Positions 1 through 11,930 of a DNA stretch of 41,457 nucleotides are shown in pieces (the first letter of the stretch is position 1; each line of letters starts with the position of its first letter). The notes beneath the pieces were generated by a model. The model was not told the DNA's origin and made no database searches. It saw only the letters and a list, made by a program, of their open reading frames with translations. A program made the position numbers and the translations under genes. This DNA comes from Deltaproteobacteria bacterium. Its GTDB lineage: Bacteria > Desulfobacterota > B13-G15 > RBG-16-54-18. The stretch is taken from positions 1 through 41,457 of the forward strand of contig DAOVGN010000087.1 of assembly GCA_030672385.1 (NCBI GenBank). The letters run 5' to 3'.

Positions 1-138
1 ATGGTGATGCCCGGAGACAATGTGAATTTGCAGGTGGAGTTGATCACCCCTATTGCCCTGGAGAAGGAATTGAGGTTTGCCATCCGGGAGGGTGGCCGGA
101 CAGTAGGGGCAGGCGTGGTCACCGAGATCATAGAGTAA
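1..138 (+). CDS. tuf: Elongation factor Tu, last 45 codons (gene begins upstream of the window)
   Basis: Frame 1 reads ...[25 protein letters not shown], the conserved EF-Tu C-terminus. It sits directly upstream of rpmG/tRNA-Trp/secE as in most bacteria. Confidence 0.95.
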   Translation: MVMPGDNVNLQVELITPIALEKELRFAIREGGRTVGAGVVTEIIE

Positions 139-150
139 GAGCGAAGAAAA

Positions 151-300
151 ATGAGGATAATTGTCACCCTTTCATGTACAGAATGTAAGAGGAGGAACTA
201 TACCGCCACGAAAAATAAAAAGACTAAGCCAGATAAGTTAGAATTCAGGAAATATTGCCGTTTTTGCCAAAGGCACACCCTTCATAGAGAAATAAGATAG
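151..300 (+). CDS. rpmG: 50S ribosomal protein L33 (Cys4 zinc-ribbon form)
   Basis: A 49-aa ORF not in the supplied track (below the length cutoff): [49 protein letters not shown]. It has the L33 CxxC...CxxC pattern and the canonical position between tuf and secE. Confidence 0.9.
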   Translation: MRIIVTLSCTECKRRNYTATKNKKTKPDKLEFRKYCRFCQRHTLHREIR

Positions 301-354
301 ACTCAGGGACTTTACAAGAGAAGGTTTCTCTGCCTTCTAATAGAAATAACTTTA

Positions 355-431
355 AGGCCAGTAGCTCGAACGGCTAGAGCACCGGACTCCAAATCCGGGG
401 GTTGTGGGTTCGAATCCCTCCTGGCCTGCCA
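355..431 (+). tRNA. tRNA-Trp (anticodon CCA), CCA end encoded
   Basis: Cloverleaf read by hand. Acceptor AGGCCAG/CTGGCCT, D arm GCTC/GAGC, anticodon arm CCGGA-CTCCAAA-TCCGG, T arm GTGGG-TTCGAAT-CCCTC (one U-U mismatch), discriminator G plus CCA. Canonical location upstream of secE. Confidence 0.9.
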
Positions 432-500
432 CTACTTGCTTTTCATTCTTTCCGAGTCCCATTCTATTCCTGAGTCAGGAGTTGAGGGTAAAGATATCTT

Positions 501-698
501 ATGGCCGTTAATATAAAGAAGATCACTCAATTCTTAAAGGAGGTAAAGAGTGAGCTCAAGCGGGTTACGTGGCCCTCCCGTAAGGAGACGTTGGCGGGAA
601 CAACAGTGGTGCTGATCATCGTTTTTATCACGGCCTTCTTTTTAGGGATCGTGGACTTAGGTCTCTCCAAATTGATCAAGATGATCCTAAGTAGCTAA
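501..698 (+). CDS. secE: Preprotein translocase subunit SecE
   Basis: 65 aa with the motif KEVKSELKRVTWPSRKE followed by a single TM helix. Position upstream of nusG. Confidence 0.9.
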   Translation: MAVNIKKITQFLKEVKSELKRVTWPSRKETLAGTTVVLIIVFITAFFLGIVDLGLSKLIKMILSS

Positions 699-736
699 TC
701 TCAAATAAGTAAGTAGTTAAGAGAGAAGATCTCATT

Positions 737-1300
737 ATGGCGCAAAAATGGTATATCGTCCATACCTATTCCGGATATGAGAATAAGGTCAAGGCTTCTT
801 TGGAAGAGAGGATCAGTAAGTTTGAGGAAAAAAAGGAAAGACAAGGGGAAAAGGATGCACGGGGGAAATATTTCTCTGAGATCTTGGTCCCCATAGAGAC
901 GGTTATTGAGCTAGTCAAGGGGAAAAAGAAGACTTCTTCTCGCAAGATATTCCCCGGCTATATCTTGGTAAAGATGGAGCTAAATGACGAGACATGGCAT
1001 GTAGTGAAAGATACCCCTAAGGCAACGGGGTTTGCAGGCAATCAAACCCATCCTGCCCACCTTTCCGATAAGGAGGCAGAGGAACTTATCGCCCAGATTA
1101 CAGAAGGTGCCTATATACCCAAACCGAAGGCCACCTTCAGCGATGGTGAGAGCGTGCGGGTGATTGATGGTCCTTTTGCCAATTTTGTGGGAACAGTCCA
1201 GGAGGTAAGGCAAGATCAGAGGAAGGTGAAGGTCCTGATCAGCATCTTCGGCAGGGCAACCCCCATAGAATTGGATTTTATTCAGATAGAACGCGATTAA
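737..1300 (+). CDS. nusG: Transcription termination/antitermination factor NusG
   Basis: N-terminal WYIVHTYSGYENKV (NGN domain) and C-terminal KOW (GESVRVIDGPFANFVGTVQEV). secE-nusG-rplK synteny. Confidence 0.95.
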   Translation: MAQKWYIVHTYSGYENKVKASLEERISKFEEKKERQGEKDARGKYFSEILVPIETVIELVKGKKKTSSRKIFPGYILVKMELNDETWHVVKDTPKATGFAGNQTHPAHLSDKEAEELIAQITEGAYIPKPKATFSDGESVRVIDGPFANFVGTVQEVRQDQRKVKVLISIFGRATPIELDFIQIERD

Positions 1301-1315
1301 TAAAATGGAGGCGTT

Positions 1316-1765
1316 ATGGCGAGAAAAAAGGAGGTAATGGGCTCTATAAAGCTTCAAATTCCGGCCGTACAGGCTACCCCCTCCCCTCCGGTGGGCCCTG
1401 CTCTGGGGCAGTATGGCCTCAACATCATGGATTTTTGTAAGGCCTTTAACGATAAAACAAAAGGACAGGAGGGGACTATTATCCCTGTGGTCATCACGGT
1501 CTACGCTGATAGGACATATACCTTCATTACCAAGACCCCACCCACCTCGGTCCTCTTAAAGCAAGCCGCCAAGATCGCCAAGGGATCTGGGGAGCCCAAC
1601 AGGGACAAGGTGGGAAGGGTTACCAAGGAGCAAATTAGGGAGATAGCTCAAACGAAGATGCCCGATCTAAACGCTAACGATGTGGAGGCGGCCGTCAAGA
1701 TGGTCGAGGGGACGGCCACGAGTATGGGAATAGAGATCGGAGGAGAGGAAGAAGCAGATGGCTAA
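1316..1765 (+). CDS. rplK: 50S ribosomal protein L11, with a short acidic C-terminal tail (GGEEEADG)
   Basis: [35 protein letters not shown] is the L11 signature. The 3' end overlaps the rplA start by 8 nt. Confidence 0.95.
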   Translation: MARKKEVMGSIKLQIPAVQATPSPPVGPALGQYGLNIMDFCKAFNDKTKGQEGTIIPVVITVYADRTYTFITKTPPTSVLLKQAAKIAKGSGEPNRDKVGRVTKEQIREIAQTKMPDLNANDVEAAVKMVEGTATSMGIEIGGEEEADG

Positions 1766-2465
1766 AAGGGATACCAAATACGGAGAGGCCAAAAAGAAGG
1801 TTGATAGGACCAAGAAGTATACCCTGGAGGAGACCTTACATCTCCTGCCCGAAACCTCCTATGCCAGTTTTGATGAGACTGTAGATGTAGCTATTAGACT
1901 GGGGGTAGATCCCAAAAAGCCCGACCAAATGGTCAGGGGAACAGTGGTCCTACCCCATGGGACGGGAAAGGAGGTAAGGGTCTTGGTCTTCGCCCAAGGA
2001 GAAAAAGAGAAAGAGGCCAGGGAGGCTGGAGCCGATTATGTGGGGGCAGAGGAGTTAGTGGAGAAGATATCCAAAGGTTGGCTGGAGTTTGACAAGGCAA
2101 TCGCCACACCTGATATGATGAAATCGGTCAGCAAGTTGGGCAAGACCTTAGGGCCAAGGGGGTTAATGCCCAATCCAAAGGTGGGTACGGTGACCTTTGA
2201 GGTTGGCAAGGCGGTGAAAGAGATCAAATCTGGAAAGGTGGAGTTCAAGGTGGATAAAGCTGGGAATCTCCACATCTCAGTGGGGAAGGTATCCTTCGAT
2301 CAAGAAAAGTTGATGGAGAACATCCTTGCCCTGTTGGACTCTGTGATAAAGGCAAAGCCCGCCTCCAGTAAGGGGACCTATTTGAGAGGACTTGCACTCT
2401 CTACTACTATGGGTCCAGGGATCAAGGTCGATCCCCTCGCTGTAAGGAATCTGATGAGGGCATAG
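1758..2465 (+). CDS. rplA: 50S ribosomal protein L1
   Basis: 235 aa. [17 protein letters not shown]...[13 protein letters not shown] is the typical L1 N-terminus. Synteny supports the call. Confidence 0.95.
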   Translation: MAKRDTKYGEAKKKVDRTKKYTLEETLHLLPETSYASFDETVDVAIRLGVDPKKPDQMVRGTVVLPHGTGKEVRVLVFAQGEKEKEAREAGADYVGAEELVEKISKGWLEFDKAIATPDMMKSVSKLGKTLGPRGLMPNPKVGTVTFEVGKAVKEIKSGKVEFKVDKAGNLHISVGKVSFDQEKLMENILALLDSVIKAKPASSKGTYLRGLALSTTMGPGIKVDPLAVRNLMRA

Positions 2466-2495
2466 TGTTTCACAGGACAAAAGGAGGGAGTTAGG

Positions 2496-3017
2496 TTGCA
2501 AAGGAAAGAGAAAGAGGCGTTGGTAGCGGATCTACATGAAAAGTTTAAGGGGGTTAAGGCTGCTATCTTGACGGATTTCACTGGCCTGAACGTAGAACAG
2601 ATAACCCAACTTCGGCAGCGGTTGAGAAAGAGTGCTGTGGAATATCGGGTTGTCAAGAACACCCTTTTACGGCGTGCTTCTAAAAAGACTGACATCGAGC
2701 TCCTCGCAGAACACTTTGCTGGTCCTGTTGCCATTGCCCTTACCTATGAAGATCCTGTGGCACCGGCGAAAATCTTGATGGAGTTCATCAAGGAGCAACC
2801 TGCTTTGGAGTTAAAGGCAGGTGTGGTGGAGAGAACTGTATTGGCCCCGGAAGATATCAAGGCCCTGGCCTTCCTCCCGAGCAAAGAGGTCTTGATAGCC
2901 AATCTCTTAGCCCTTTTGAAGGTTGTTTCCACCCGCCTTGTCCAAATCCTCAACAACCCTATGCGGAGCTTGATATGGACCCTAGACGAAATTAAGGAAA
3001 CGAAAGAGAAGGGATAA
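2496..3017 (+). CDS. rplJ: 50S ribosomal protein L10 (TTG start)
   Basis: 173 aa. AAGGAGGGA SD upstream of the TTG. L10-like N-terminus (KEKEALVADLHEKFK). Position between rplA and rplL. Confidence 0.9.
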   Translation: MQRKEKEALVADLHEKFKGVKAAILTDFTGLNVEQITQLRQRLRKSAVEYRVVKNTLLRRASKKTDIELLAEHFAGPVAIALTYEDPVAPAKILMEFIKEQPALELKAGVVERTVLAPEDIKALAFLPSKEVLIANLLALLKVVSTRLVQILNNPMRSLIWTLDEIKETKEKG

Positions 3018-3056
3018 AAAAACTGGGCAAAGAAGGTTTAAGGAGGCAATAAGGAA

Positions 3057-3449
3057 ATGACAAAGACAAAGATTACCAAAGAAGATGTGATTAAGTACAT
3101 TGAGGAAATGACGGTGCTGGAGTTAGCGGAATTGGTCAAGGAGTTGGAGGAACATTTTGGGGTTGCAGCCGCAGCCCCGATGGCCATGGGTGTTGCGCCG
3201 GGGGCAGGTGTAGCTACAGCCCCAGCCGAAGAGGAAAAGGTAGAGTTCGATGCTGTCTTGACCTCCTTTGGCGACAAGAAGATACAGGTGATCAAGGCTG
3301 TCCGAGAGGTGACCAACCTTGGTCTAAAAGAGGCCAAAGACCTAGTCGAAGGGGTACCTAAGGCAGTAAAGGAGAAAGTCTCCAAAGAGGAGGTCGAGAA
3401 GGTCAAGCAAAAACTAGAGGAAGCTGGGGGAACAGTAGAAATCAAATAA
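3057..3449 (+). CDS. rplL: 50S ribosomal protein L7/L12
   Basis: 130 aa with an Ala/Gly/Pro hinge and the C-terminal domain [25 protein letters not shown]. Confidence 0.95.
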   Translation: MTKTKITKEDVIKYIEEMTVLELAELVKELEEHFGVAAAAPMAMGVAPGAGVATAPAEEEKVEFDAVLTSFGDKKIQVIKAVREVTNLGLKEAKDLVEGVPKAVKEKVSKEEVEKVKQKLEEAGGTVEIK

Positions 3450-3475
3450 AGAGAGCCAGAAGGATTTGATCTGTC

Positions 3476-3539
3476 AAGAGGGGACTTCTCAAATACTTGG
3501 CCTAAAGAGGCTCAAAGGTGAGGGTAGAAGTCCCCTCTT
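3476..3539 (+). promoter_or_regulatory. rplL-rpoB intercistronic stem-loop (14-bp perfect stem, 36-nt loop), a candidate attenuator or processing site
   Basis: AAGAGGGGACTTCT (3476-3489) is the exact reverse complement of AGAAGTCCCCTCTT (3526-3539). No U-tract follows it. An attenuator/RNase III site is known at this junction in E. coli. Confidence 0.5.
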
Positions 3540-3572
3540 CCACCTAGCTTTAATTGAAGAAGAGGAAATTCC

Positions 3573-6500
3573 ATGACACGTTCCATTATCGATAGTAGGA
3601 GACTTAGAAAGAATTACGGTAAGATAAAGGAGGTACTTGAGACCTCTAATCTCATTGAGATCCAGCTGAGTTCTTACGGGAAATTCCTTCAGGCCGATGT
3701 CCTCCCAGAAGAGCGCAAGGACATCGGCCTGCAAGGGGTGTTTAAGCAGGTTTTCCCCATTAAGGACTTCTATGAAACGGCGGAGTTGCGTTTTGTAAAA
3801 TACCGTCTGGGGAATCTCAAGTATGATGTCCAAGAGTGTCTATGGAAAGGAATTACCTATGCTGCTCCCCTACGGGTGACCGTTCAGCTCACCATCTATG
3901 ATGTTCAGGAAGGGGTGAAGACCGGACAGATAAAGGCCATAAAGGAACAAGAAGTATACTTTGGAGAGGTCCCATTAATGACCGATAATGGAACCTTTGT
4001 CATTAATGGCACAGAGAGGGTCATTGTAAGCCAACTTCACCGATCGCCTGGCGTTTTCTTTGGTCAGGAGTCGCCCAAGACCTATATGGGGAGACCTCTG
4101 TACTTTGCCCGTATTATTCCCTATCGCGGATCCTGGATCGATCTGGAATTTGACCAGAGAGATATCCTCTATGTACGGATCGATAGGAGGAGAAAGCTCC
4201 CTGTCACAGTTCTTCTCAAGGCCCTTGGTTATTCCACCCAGGAGCTTTTGGGCATCTTCTACAATAAAGAAAAAATCATCGTAGACCCTAAAGGGTTTCG
4301 CAAGATGGTGGAGCGTGATCTCCTAGTGGGTCAGAGGGCCCCGGCAGATATCATAGATCCCAAGACCAAAGAGCTCATCGTCAAAAAGAACAGGAAAATC
4401 ACCGAAAGTATTATCAAAAAACTAGAGGCCGCAAACATCTTCGAACTCTTCGTAGAAATGGACACTTTGGTGGAAAGTGTAGCCGCCAGAGACATAGTGG
4501 ACCCTGCCACTGGGGAAATTTGCGTAGAGATCAACCAAGAGCTGACCGAGGAAAAGATCAAGGAAATCAGGGAGCGGGGGATAAAGGAATTTGAGGTCCT
4601 CCTCATCGAGGAAGTAAGGAGTAGCCCCTCCTTGAGGGAGACCCTCTTGGCGGACAAGATTGTCCTTTCTGAGGAGGAAAAGGAGCAGCTGCCACTAACC
4701 GATTCTGCCGCCATAGCACAAAAAGAGCAAGAGAAGGCCACCATTGAGATCTACCGGCGTCTGCGACCGGGGGATCCTCCCACCTTGGAATCCGCCAAGG
4801 CCTTGTTCAACAACCTTTTCTTCAGTCCAGAGAGATATGACCTCTCCAAGGTGGGACGAATGAAGATAAATCATAAGCTGGGCCTAGACGTCCCCCTGGA
4901 GGTAACCACACTCAGGCGCGAGGACATCTTGGAGGTGGTGAAGTACCTCATCGGCCTAAAGGAAGGAAGGGGGAGCACAGATGACATTGATCACCTGGGC
5001 AACCGTCGGGTGAGGACCGTAGGGGAGCTCTTGAAAAATCAATTCCACATCGGTTTGGTCAGAGTGGAGAGAGCCATCAAGGAGAGGATGAGCTTGCAGG
5101 AGATGGAAACCTTGATGCCCCACGACCTCATCAACTCAAAACCCCTCACCGCAGTGGTAAGGGAGTTCTTCGGCAGTAGTCAGCTCTCTCAATTCATGGA
5201 TCAGACAAACCCCCTCTCCGAGATCACCCATAAGAGAAGATTGAGCGCTTTGGGTCCTGGAGGGCTCACCAGGGAGAGAGCCGGTTTCGAGGTCCGGGAT
5301 GTTCACCCATCCCACTACGGGAGGATCTGTCCCATTGAAACCCCTGAAGGTCCCAATATCGGCCTGATCGTCTCCTTGAGTACCTATGCTCGGGTCAACG
5401 AGTATGGTTTTATCGAAACCCCCTATCGCAAGGTAGAAGGCGGGCGGGTCACCAACCAGGTCGAATACCTCTTCGCCTTGGATGAGGAGAGATATACAAT
5501 TGCCCAAGCCAATGCCCCCATCGACAAGGATGGAAGGTTCACTGCCAACTTGGTCTCTGCCAGAAAGGCCGGGGAGTTTATCATGGTAAGGCCGGAGGAG
5601 GTGGACTACATGGATGTCTCCCCCAAACAACTGGTGAGCACGGCCAGTTCCCTCATACCCTTCTTGGAGAACGACGATGCCAACCGGGCCCTGATGGGAT
5701 CCAATATGCAAAGGCAGGCTGTCTCCCTGCTGCGCACAGAGGCACCTCTGATCGGCACCGGAATGGAAAGAATAGTGGCTAGAGATTCGGGGGTTACGAT
5801 AATAGCCAAGAGAGATGGAGTGGTGGAGAGCGTTGATGCCTCCAGGATAGTGGTCAAGGCGGAGGAGAATGGGGAAGGGGTGGGGGTGGACATTTATAAC
5901 CTCACCAAATATCAACGCTCTAATCAGGGAACCTGCATCAATCAGAAGCCAATCATGGCCAAAGGGGAGCGGATAGAGAAGGGAGATGTTGTCGCCGATG
6001 GCCCTTCTACCCACATGGGTGAGCTGGCCTTGGGGCGCAATATTTTGGTCGCCTTTATGCCTTGGGGTGGTTACAACTTTGAAGACTCCATTCTCATAAA
6101 TGAAGAGATCTTGAAGGAAGATATATACACCTCCATTCATATCGAGGAGTTGGAGTGTGTAGCCCGTGACACTAAGCTTGGCAAGGAGGAAATCACCCAA
6201 GATATCCCCAATGTGGGGGAAGATATATTGAAAGACCTAGATGAGAGTGGAATCATTCGCATTGGGGCCGAGGTGAAGCAGGGGGACACCTTAGTGGGCA
6301 AGATCACGCCCAAAGGGGAAACCCAGCTTTCCCCCGAGGAGAAGCTGCTACGGGCCATCTTCGGCGAAAGGGCAAGCGACGTCAAGGATACCTCTCTGCG
6401 TGTTCCTCACGGGATCGAAGGGGTGGTAATCGATGCCAAGGTCTTCACCAGGAGAGGGGCGGAGAAAGACAAAAGGGCCAAAGAGATCGAGGAAGAAGAT

Positions 6501-7748
6501 GCTAGAAAGATCATCGATGATCGAGATGCTGAGATTGTTATTATTGAGACCTATACCAGAGAGAGAATTCGTGAACTCTTGGCGGGGAGGAAAACCACTG
6601 CACCCTTAAAAGACCTTCTCCGAGGAAAGACATTAGTGGAAAAGGGAGTGGAGTTGATCGAGGAGACCCTTCAGATAATACCTTGGGAGAGATGGAAGGA
6701 AATTCCCATAGACGATGAAAAAATCAAGATGGAGGTGGATCGCTTCGTCACAAGGGGAATCAGAGAGATCGAGGTGATAAAGCAAAGTGCGGAAGAAAAG
6801 TTAAAGAAGTTGGAGATGGGAGACGAACTTCCCCCTGGGGTGAGCAAAGTAGTAAAAGTCTATATCGCCATGAAGAGGAGGGTTTCAGTTGGGGATAAGC
6901 TCTCCGGACGTCATGGAAACAAGGGGATTGTATCGAGAATATTACCGCAGGAGGATATGCCCTATTTAGAAGATGGAACCCCCGTAGACATGGTCCTAAA
7001 CCCCCTCGGTGTTCCCTCGCGGATGAATGTGGGCCAGATCTTAGAAACCCACCTCGGTTGGGCGGCCAAGGGATTGGGAGGCAAGATCGACGGATACTTG
7101 AGGGATGCTAAGGGGATAGATGAACTCAGGGGTTTTCTCAAAGAGATCTTCACCAAGGAAGATATAAAGAAGGCCATCGACGAGGCCGATGAAAGGCAGC
7201 TATTGAGGTTTGCGCAAAAGTTGAGGGAAGGGATCTATATGTCTGTCCCGGTCTTTGATGGAACATCGGAGGAGGAAATCAGGTTTGCCCTGGAGAAGGC
7301 TGGTCTTCCCGTCCTGGGACAAACCACCCTCTACGATGGCCGCGCAGGGGAACCCTTTGACCAGAAGGTCACTGTAGGTTACATGTACATGCTCAAGCTC
7401 CACCACCTGGTGGATGACAAGATTCACGCCCGTTCTATCGGACCCTATTCACTAGTAACACAACAACCCTTGGGGGGAAAGGCCCAATTCGGCGGTCAGA
7501 GGTTAGGGGAGATGGAGGTCTGGGCCTTGGAGTCCTATGGGGCCGCGTATGCCTTGCAGGAATTTTTGACAGTGAAATCGGACGATCAAGCCGGCAGGAC
7601 AAGAGCTTACGAAGCCATTGTGAAGGGGAAGGATGTCCTAGAACCAGGAATCCCGGAGTCCTTCAACGTCCTTATTAAGGAGCTCCAGGGGCTCTGTCTC
7701 AATGTGGAGCTCTTGGAGGAAGAAAAAGGGGCCAAAGAGGAAACCTAA
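3573..7748 (+). CDS. rpoB: DNA-directed RNA polymerase subunit beta
   Basis: 1391 aa with conserved blocks ([56 protein letters not shown]). Confidence 0.98.
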   Translation: MTRSIIDSRRLRKNYGKIKEVLETSNLIEIQLSSYGKFLQADVLPEERKDIGLQGVFKQVFPIKDFYETAELRFVKYRLGNLKYDVQECLWKGITYAAPLRVTVQLTIYDVQEGVKTGQIKAIKEQEVYFGEVPLMTDNGTFVINGTERVIVSQLHRSPGVFFGQESPKTYMGRPLYFARIIPYRGSWIDLEFDQRDILYVRIDRRRKLPVTVLLKALGYSTQELLGIFYNKEKIIVDPKGFRKMVERDLLVGQRAPADIIDPKTKELIVKKNRKITESIIKKLEAANIFELFVEMDTLVESVAARDIVDPATGEICVEINQELTEEKIKEIRERGIKEFEVLLIEEVRSSPSLRETLLADKIVLSEEEKEQLPLTDSAAIAQKEQEKATIEIYRRLRPGDPPTLESAKALFNNLFFSPERYDLSKVGRMKINHKLGLDVPLEVTTLRREDILEVVKYLIGLKEGRGSTDDIDHLGNRRVRTVGELLKNQFHIGLVRVERAIKERMSLQEMETLMPHDLINSKPLTAVVREFFGSSQLSQFMDQTNPLSEITHKRRLSALGPGGLTRERAGFEVRDVHPSHYGRICPIETPEGPNIGLIVSLSTYARVNEYGFIETPYRKVEGGRVTNQVEYLFALDEERYTIAQANAPIDKDGRFTANLVSARKAGEFIMVRPEEVDYMDVSPKQLVSTASSLIPFLENDDANRALMGSNMQRQAVSLLRTEAPLIGTGMERIVARDSGVTIIAKRDGVVESVDASRIVVKAEENGEGVGVDIYNLTKYQRSNQGTCINQKPIMAKGERIEKGDVVADGPSTHMGELALGRNILVAFMPWGGYNFEDSILINEEILKEDIYTSIHIEELECVARDTKLGKEEITQDIPNVGEDILKDLDESGIIRIGAEVKQGDTLVGKITPKGETQLSPEEKLLRAIFGERASDVKDTSLRVPHGIEGVVIDAKVFTRRGAEKDKRAKEIEEEDARKIIDDRDAEIVIIETYTRERIRELLAGRKTTAPLKDLLRGKTLVEKGVELIEETLQIIPWERWKEIPIDDEKIKMEVDRFVTRGIREIEVIKQSAEEKLKKLEMGDELPPGVSKVVKVYIAMKRRVSVGDKLSGRHGNKGIVSRILPQEDMPYLEDGTPVDMVLNPLGVPSRMNVGQILETHLGWAAKGLGGKIDGYLRDAKGIDELRGFLKEIFTKEDIKKAIDEADERQLLRFAQKLREGIYMSVPVFDGTSEEEIRFALEKAGLPVLGQTTLYDGRAGEPFDQKVTVGYMYMLKLHHLVDDKIHARSIGPYSLVTQQPLGGKAQFGGQRLGEMEVWALESYGAAYALQEFLTVKSDDQAGRTRAYEAIVKGKDVLEPGIPESFNVLIKELQGLCLNVELLEEEKGAKEET

Positions 7749-7769
7749 TGTAAAAAAGGAGGTCTTACC

Positions 7770-10700
7770 TTGGAAGAGTATCTACGCTCATTCTTTGAGA
7801 AACCCAAAGATCCATCTAGCTTTAACGCTATAAGGATTTCCTTGGCCTCACCTGAGCAAATCAGGAGTTGGACCCATGGTGAGGTAAAGAAACCAGAAAC
7901 CATTAACTACCGAACTTTTAAGCCGGAGAGAGATGGCCTGTTTTGCGCCAGGATATTTGGGCCAGTGAAGGACTATGAGTGCAACTGCGGCAAATACAAG
8001 CGGATGAAACACAGGGGTATTGTCTGTGAGAAATGCGGGGTGGAGGTAATCCAGGCCAAGGTCCGCAGGGAGAGGATGGGGCATATAGAGCTGTCGGCAC
8101 CGGTGGCCCATATTTGGTTCTTGAAGAGCATTCCGAGCAAGATTGGAACGGTCTTGGATATGACCCTAAAGGAGCTGGAGCGAGTCCTCTACTTCGAGTC
8201 CTATGTAGTCATCGATTCCAAGGAAACTCCCCTCAAGAAAGGGGACTTGATCAGCGAGGAAAAGTATAGGGAAATCAAGGAAAAATATGGGGCGGATGCT
8301 ATAGAGGCAGGGGTGGGGGCTGAGGCCATTAAGCAACTCCTCCAAAAGGTAGATGTGGAGACTCTGGCCGAACACCTCCGATTTGAGATGAAGGAGACCC
8401 AATCTGAGGCAAAGCGTAAAAAGTTAGCCAAACGCTTGCTAATCACCGAGGCCCTTCGGGACTCCGGGAACAAGCCAGAGTGGATGATTTTAGACGTCAT
8501 ACCCATCATCCCACCTGACCTTAGACCCCTGGTTCCCTTAGACGGCGGAAGGTTCGCCACCTCTGACCTCAATGACCTGTATAGGAGGGTAATCAACAGG
8601 AACAATCGCCTGAAGAGGCTCTTGGAATTAAACGCCCCGGATATCATCATTCGCAATGAGAAGAGGATGCTGCAGGAAGCGGTGGACGCCCTCTTCGATA
8701 ATGGCAAGAGGGGGAGAGTAATCACCGGGGCCAACAAAAAACCCCTGAGGTCCCTGAGCGATATGCTCAGAGGAAAACAGGGCAGGTTCCGTCAAAATCT
8801 CTTGGGCAAAAGGGTGGACTATTCAGGCAGATCGGTCATCGTCATCGGACCAGAGCTACGTTTGCATCAATGTGGTCTACCTAAGAAGATGGCCTTGGAA
8901 CTCTTCAAACCATTCATCTACAACAAGTTGGAGGAGAGGGGATATGTAACTACCGTCAAAAGTGCCAAGAAGATGGTGGAAAAGGAGAGGCCAGAGGTAT
9001 GGGACATCCTAGAGGAGGTGATCAAGGAGCACCCCATTCTCCTGAACAGGGCCCCTACACTGCACCGGCTGGGGATGCAGGCCTTTGAACCACTTCTGAT
9101 AGAGGGGAAGGCCATTCAGCTTCATCCCCTCGTCTGTCTTGCTTTCAACGCCGACTTTGACGGTGATCAAATGGCCGTACATGTTCCCCTCTCCGTAGAG
9201 GCACAGGCCGAGGCCAGGGTACTGATGATGTCCACAAATAACATCCTCTCTCCTGCTCATGGGAAGCCGATCATCGTCCCAACGCAGGACATCGTCTTAG
9301 GCCTATATTACATGACCAGAGAAAATATGTACGCCAAGGGAACAGGAAAGGTCTTCGCCAACCCTGAAGAAGTTAGGATCGCCTATGACGCCCATGAGGT
9401 GGACATACAAGCCCAAATTAAGGTGAGGATGAATGGTCAGTTGGTGGAAACCACAGTGGGCAGAATCTTACTCAAAGAGGTCGTCCCAGAAGAGGTCCCC
9501 TTTGAACTGATCAACAGGGTGATAAACAAGAAGGCGGCGGCCAACCTCATCGACCATACCTACCGGGTGGCGGGAAACAAGAAGACGGTTATCCTAGCTG
9601 ACAAATTGAAGGATCTGGGCTTCACCTACGCTACCATCTCCGGTCTTTCCATCGGCATCGAGAATATCCACGTCCCCTCTCGCAAGGCCGAACTCCTAGA
9701 GCGGGCTAATAATGAAGTAGAAAAAGTCAGAAAGCAATACGTGGATGGACTGATCACAGACGGAGAGAGATATAACAAAGTGATCGATATCTGGGCTCAA
9801 CTCACCGAAGAGATTGCTGGTGAGATGATGGAGGAGATGGGAACGGAAAAGGTGAAGGATCCATTGGGGGAAGAAAAGGTCGTGCCCAGCTTTAACCCCA
9901 TCTTTATGATGGCCGATTCAGGAGCAAGGGGGACTGCTCAACAGATACGCCAGTTGGCCGGGATGCGGGGGCTGATGGCCAAGCCATCAGGAGAGATCAT
10001 AGAGACCCCCATCACAGCCAACTTCAGGGAAGGTCTCACTGTGCTGCAGTACTTCGTCTCCACCCACGGAGCACGGAAGGGGTTGGCGGACACCGCCCTT
10101 AAGACGGCCAACTCAGGGTACCTCACCAGGAGGCTGGTGGACGTGGCCCAGGACGCGATCGTCAGCGAATACGATTGCGGTACCCTAGACGGGATATACG
10201 TCTCCTCCCTAGTCGAAGGTGGAGAGATTATAGAACCCATGACGGAGAGAATACTGGGGCGGGTGGCCCTGGAGGATATCAAAGACCCCTTTACCGACGA
10301 GATTATTATCAGGACTAACCGAGAAATAGATGAGGAGGCGGTCCAGAAGATCGCCGATGCGGGGCTGAATCAGGTGAAAATTCGCTCTGCGCTCACCTGC
10401 GAGTCTAAGCATGGTGTCTGCGCCCTCTGCTACGGAAGGGACTTAGCCCAGGGGCGAATCGTCGACATCGGAGAGGCGGTGGGGGTCATCGCCGCCCAGT
10501 CCATTGGTGAACCAGGGACTCAGCTTACCATGAGGACTTTCCATATTGGGGGTACGGCGAGCAGACGTGTGGAGGAGACCGCCCTCGAGGCCAAGATGGA
10601 TGGAACGATCAAGTTCATCAACCTCCGGACCGTACGCAACAGGGAAGGTATGCTGGTGGTAATGAGCCGCAAGGGAGAGATCGCTATCTTGGACGAAGAG

Positions 10701-11930
10701 GGGAGGGAGAGGAAGAGGTATCCTGTGGTATACGGGACGAGGTTGAGGGTGGAAGAGGGACGGCAGGTGAAGGAAGGGGAGTTGATAGCGGAGTGGGATC
10801 CCTATACCATCCCCATCATCACGGAGGTCTCTGGTTTGGTAAGGTTCGGTGATATCATCGAAGGAATCACCATGCAAGAGCAGGTGGATGAAGTGACCGC
10901 CCACGCTCGCAAGGTCATCATCGAAAGCAAGGAACCCGACTTGCGGCCTCGGATATCCATCAAACAAGAGAAGATTGACAAGGGAGGAAAGAAAACCTTG
11001 GAGACCGCGGCTAGGTACATTCTACCCATGGGGTCCAATATCTACGCAAAGGAAGGGGAACTTGTAGAGGCGGGTGATGTCCTGGTAAAGATACCGCGGG
11101 AGACCACCAAGACCAAGGACATCACCGGTGGGCTCCCCCGGGTGGCAGAACTCTTTGAGGCGAGAAGGCCCAAAGAATATGCCCTCATCAGCGAGATAGA
11201 TGGGACAGTGAGCTTCGGGAAAGTGCTCAAGGGGAAGCGAAAGGTAATCATAACCCCGGAGGTGGGGGAGCCAAAAGAATACGCCATCCCCAAGGGTAAA
11301 TACATCAGCGTCCACGAAGGGGACATGGTTAAGGCGGGAGAAGCCCTGATGGATGGAAGTTCTAACCCCCATGATATTCTCAAGGTCCTAGGGGACAAAG
11401 AGCTGGCCCGATTTTTGGTGGATGAGATCCAGGAAGTGTATCAATTGCAAGGTGTCAAGATCAACGATAAGCACATAGAGATCATAGTCCGGCAGATGCT
11501 CAAGAGGGTGAAGATCCGTGAGGTGGGTGACACTAAGTTCATTGTGGACGAACAGGTAGAAAAACACATCTTTCAAGAGGAGAACGAGAGGGTCCTCAAA
11601 GAAGGGGGAAAGCCGGCTAACGCAGATCCTCTATTTCTGGGAATCACCAAGGCCTCTCTCATCACGGACAGTTGGGTTTCGGCCGCCTCCTTTCAGGAAA
11701 CTACTCGGGTCCTGACCCAGGCAGCCATAGAGGGAAGGGTTGACTATCTAAAGGGACTCAAGGAAAACGTGATCATGGGTAGGTTGATCCCTGCTGGGAC
11801 CGCAAACCCCCGCTATCGCAATATAACCCCCATTGTAGAGAGTGGGTATACCCTCCCCCTGGAGGAATTAAAGATCGAGGGGGAGGAGGGAGCAGAAGAC
11901 GAGACGGAAGGCGTCCTTGTAACGGACTAA
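7770..11930 (+). CDS. rpoC: DNA-directed RNA polymerase subunit beta-prime (TTG start)
   Basis: 1386 aa. Zn-finger [23 protein letters not shown] and catalytic [21 protein letters not shown] upstream of the TTG. Confidence 0.98.
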   Translation: MEEYLRSFFEKPKDPSSFNAIRISLASPEQIRSWTHGEVKKPETINYRTFKPERDGLFCARIFGPVKDYECNCGKYKRMKHRGIVCEKCGVEVIQAKVRRERMGHIELSAPVAHIWFLKSIPSKIGTVLDMTLKELERVLYFESYVVIDSKETPLKKGDLISEEKYREIKEKYGADAIEAGVGAEAIKQLLQKVDVETLAEHLRFEMKETQSEAKRKKLAKRLLITEALRDSGNKPEWMILDVIPIIPPDLRPLVPLDGGRFATSDLNDLYRRVINRNNRLKRLLELNAPDIIIRNEKRMLQEAVDALFDNGKRGRVITGANKKPLRSLSDMLRGKQGRFRQNLLGKRVDYSGRSVIVIGPELRLHQCGLPKKMALELFKPFIYNKLEERGYVTTVKSAKKMVEKERPEVWDILEEVIKEHPILLNRAPTLHRLGMQAFEPLLIEGKAIQLHPLVCLAFNADFDGDQMAVHVPLSVEAQAEARVLMMSTNNILSPAHGKPIIVPTQDIVLGLYYMTRENMYAKGTGKVFANPEEVRIAYDAHEVDIQAQIKVRMNGQLVETTVGRILLKEVVPEEVPFELINRVINKKAAANLIDHTYRVAGNKKTVILADKLKDLGFTYATISGLSIGIENIHVPSRKAELLERANNEVEKVRKQYVDGLITDGERYNKVIDIWAQLTEEIAGEMMEEMGTEKVKDPLGEEKVVPSFNPIFMMADSGARGTAQQIRQLAGMRGLMAKPSGEIIETPITANFREGLTVLQYFVSTHGARKGLADTALKTANSGYLTRRLVDVAQDAIVSEYDCGTLDGIYVSSLVEGGEIIEPMTERILGRVALEDIKDPFTDEIIIRTNREIDEEAVQKIADAGLNQVKIRSALTCESKHGVCALCYGRDLAQGRIVDIGEAVGVIAAQSIGEPGTQLTMRTFHIGGTASRRVEETALEAKMDGTIKFINLRTVRNREGMLVVMSRKGEIAILDEEGRERKRYPVVYGTRLRVEEGRQVKEGELIAEWDPYTIPIITEVSGLVRFGDIIEGITMQEQVDEVTAHARKVIIESKEPDLRPRISIKQEKIDKGGKKTLETAARYILPMGSNIYAKEGELVEAGDVLVKIPRETTKTKDITGGLPRVAELFEARRPKEYALISEIDGTVSFGKVLKGKRKVIITPEVGEPKEYAIPKGKYISVHEGDMVKAGEALMDGSSNPHDILKVLGDKELARFLVDEIQEVYQLQGVKINDKHIEIIVRQMLKRVKIREVGDTKFIVDEQVEKHIFQEENERVLKEGGKPANADPLFLGITKASLITDSWVSAASFQETTRVLTQAAIEGRVDYLKGLKENVIMGRLIPAGTANPRYRNITPIVESGYTLPLEELKIEGEEGAEDETEGVLVTD

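Noticed and set aside
2466-2495. An expected L10 (rplJ) autoregulatory leader, and an L1-binding leader upstream of rplK.
   Set aside because: The spacers are only 30 nt and 15 nt, too short to hold the known leader structures. The genes appear to be simply co-transcribed.
5136-6200. A 354-aa minus-strand ORF inside rpoB. There are many similar antisense ORFs in the track, for example 8201-8737, 10443-10967, 16581-17288, 17092-17757, 36336-36896 and 39470-40013.
   Set aside because: All lie fully inside confidently recognised genes on the opposite strand. They have low-complexity, Pro/Gly/Arg/Ser-rich translations with no family motifs, which is typical of shadow ORFs of long genes.
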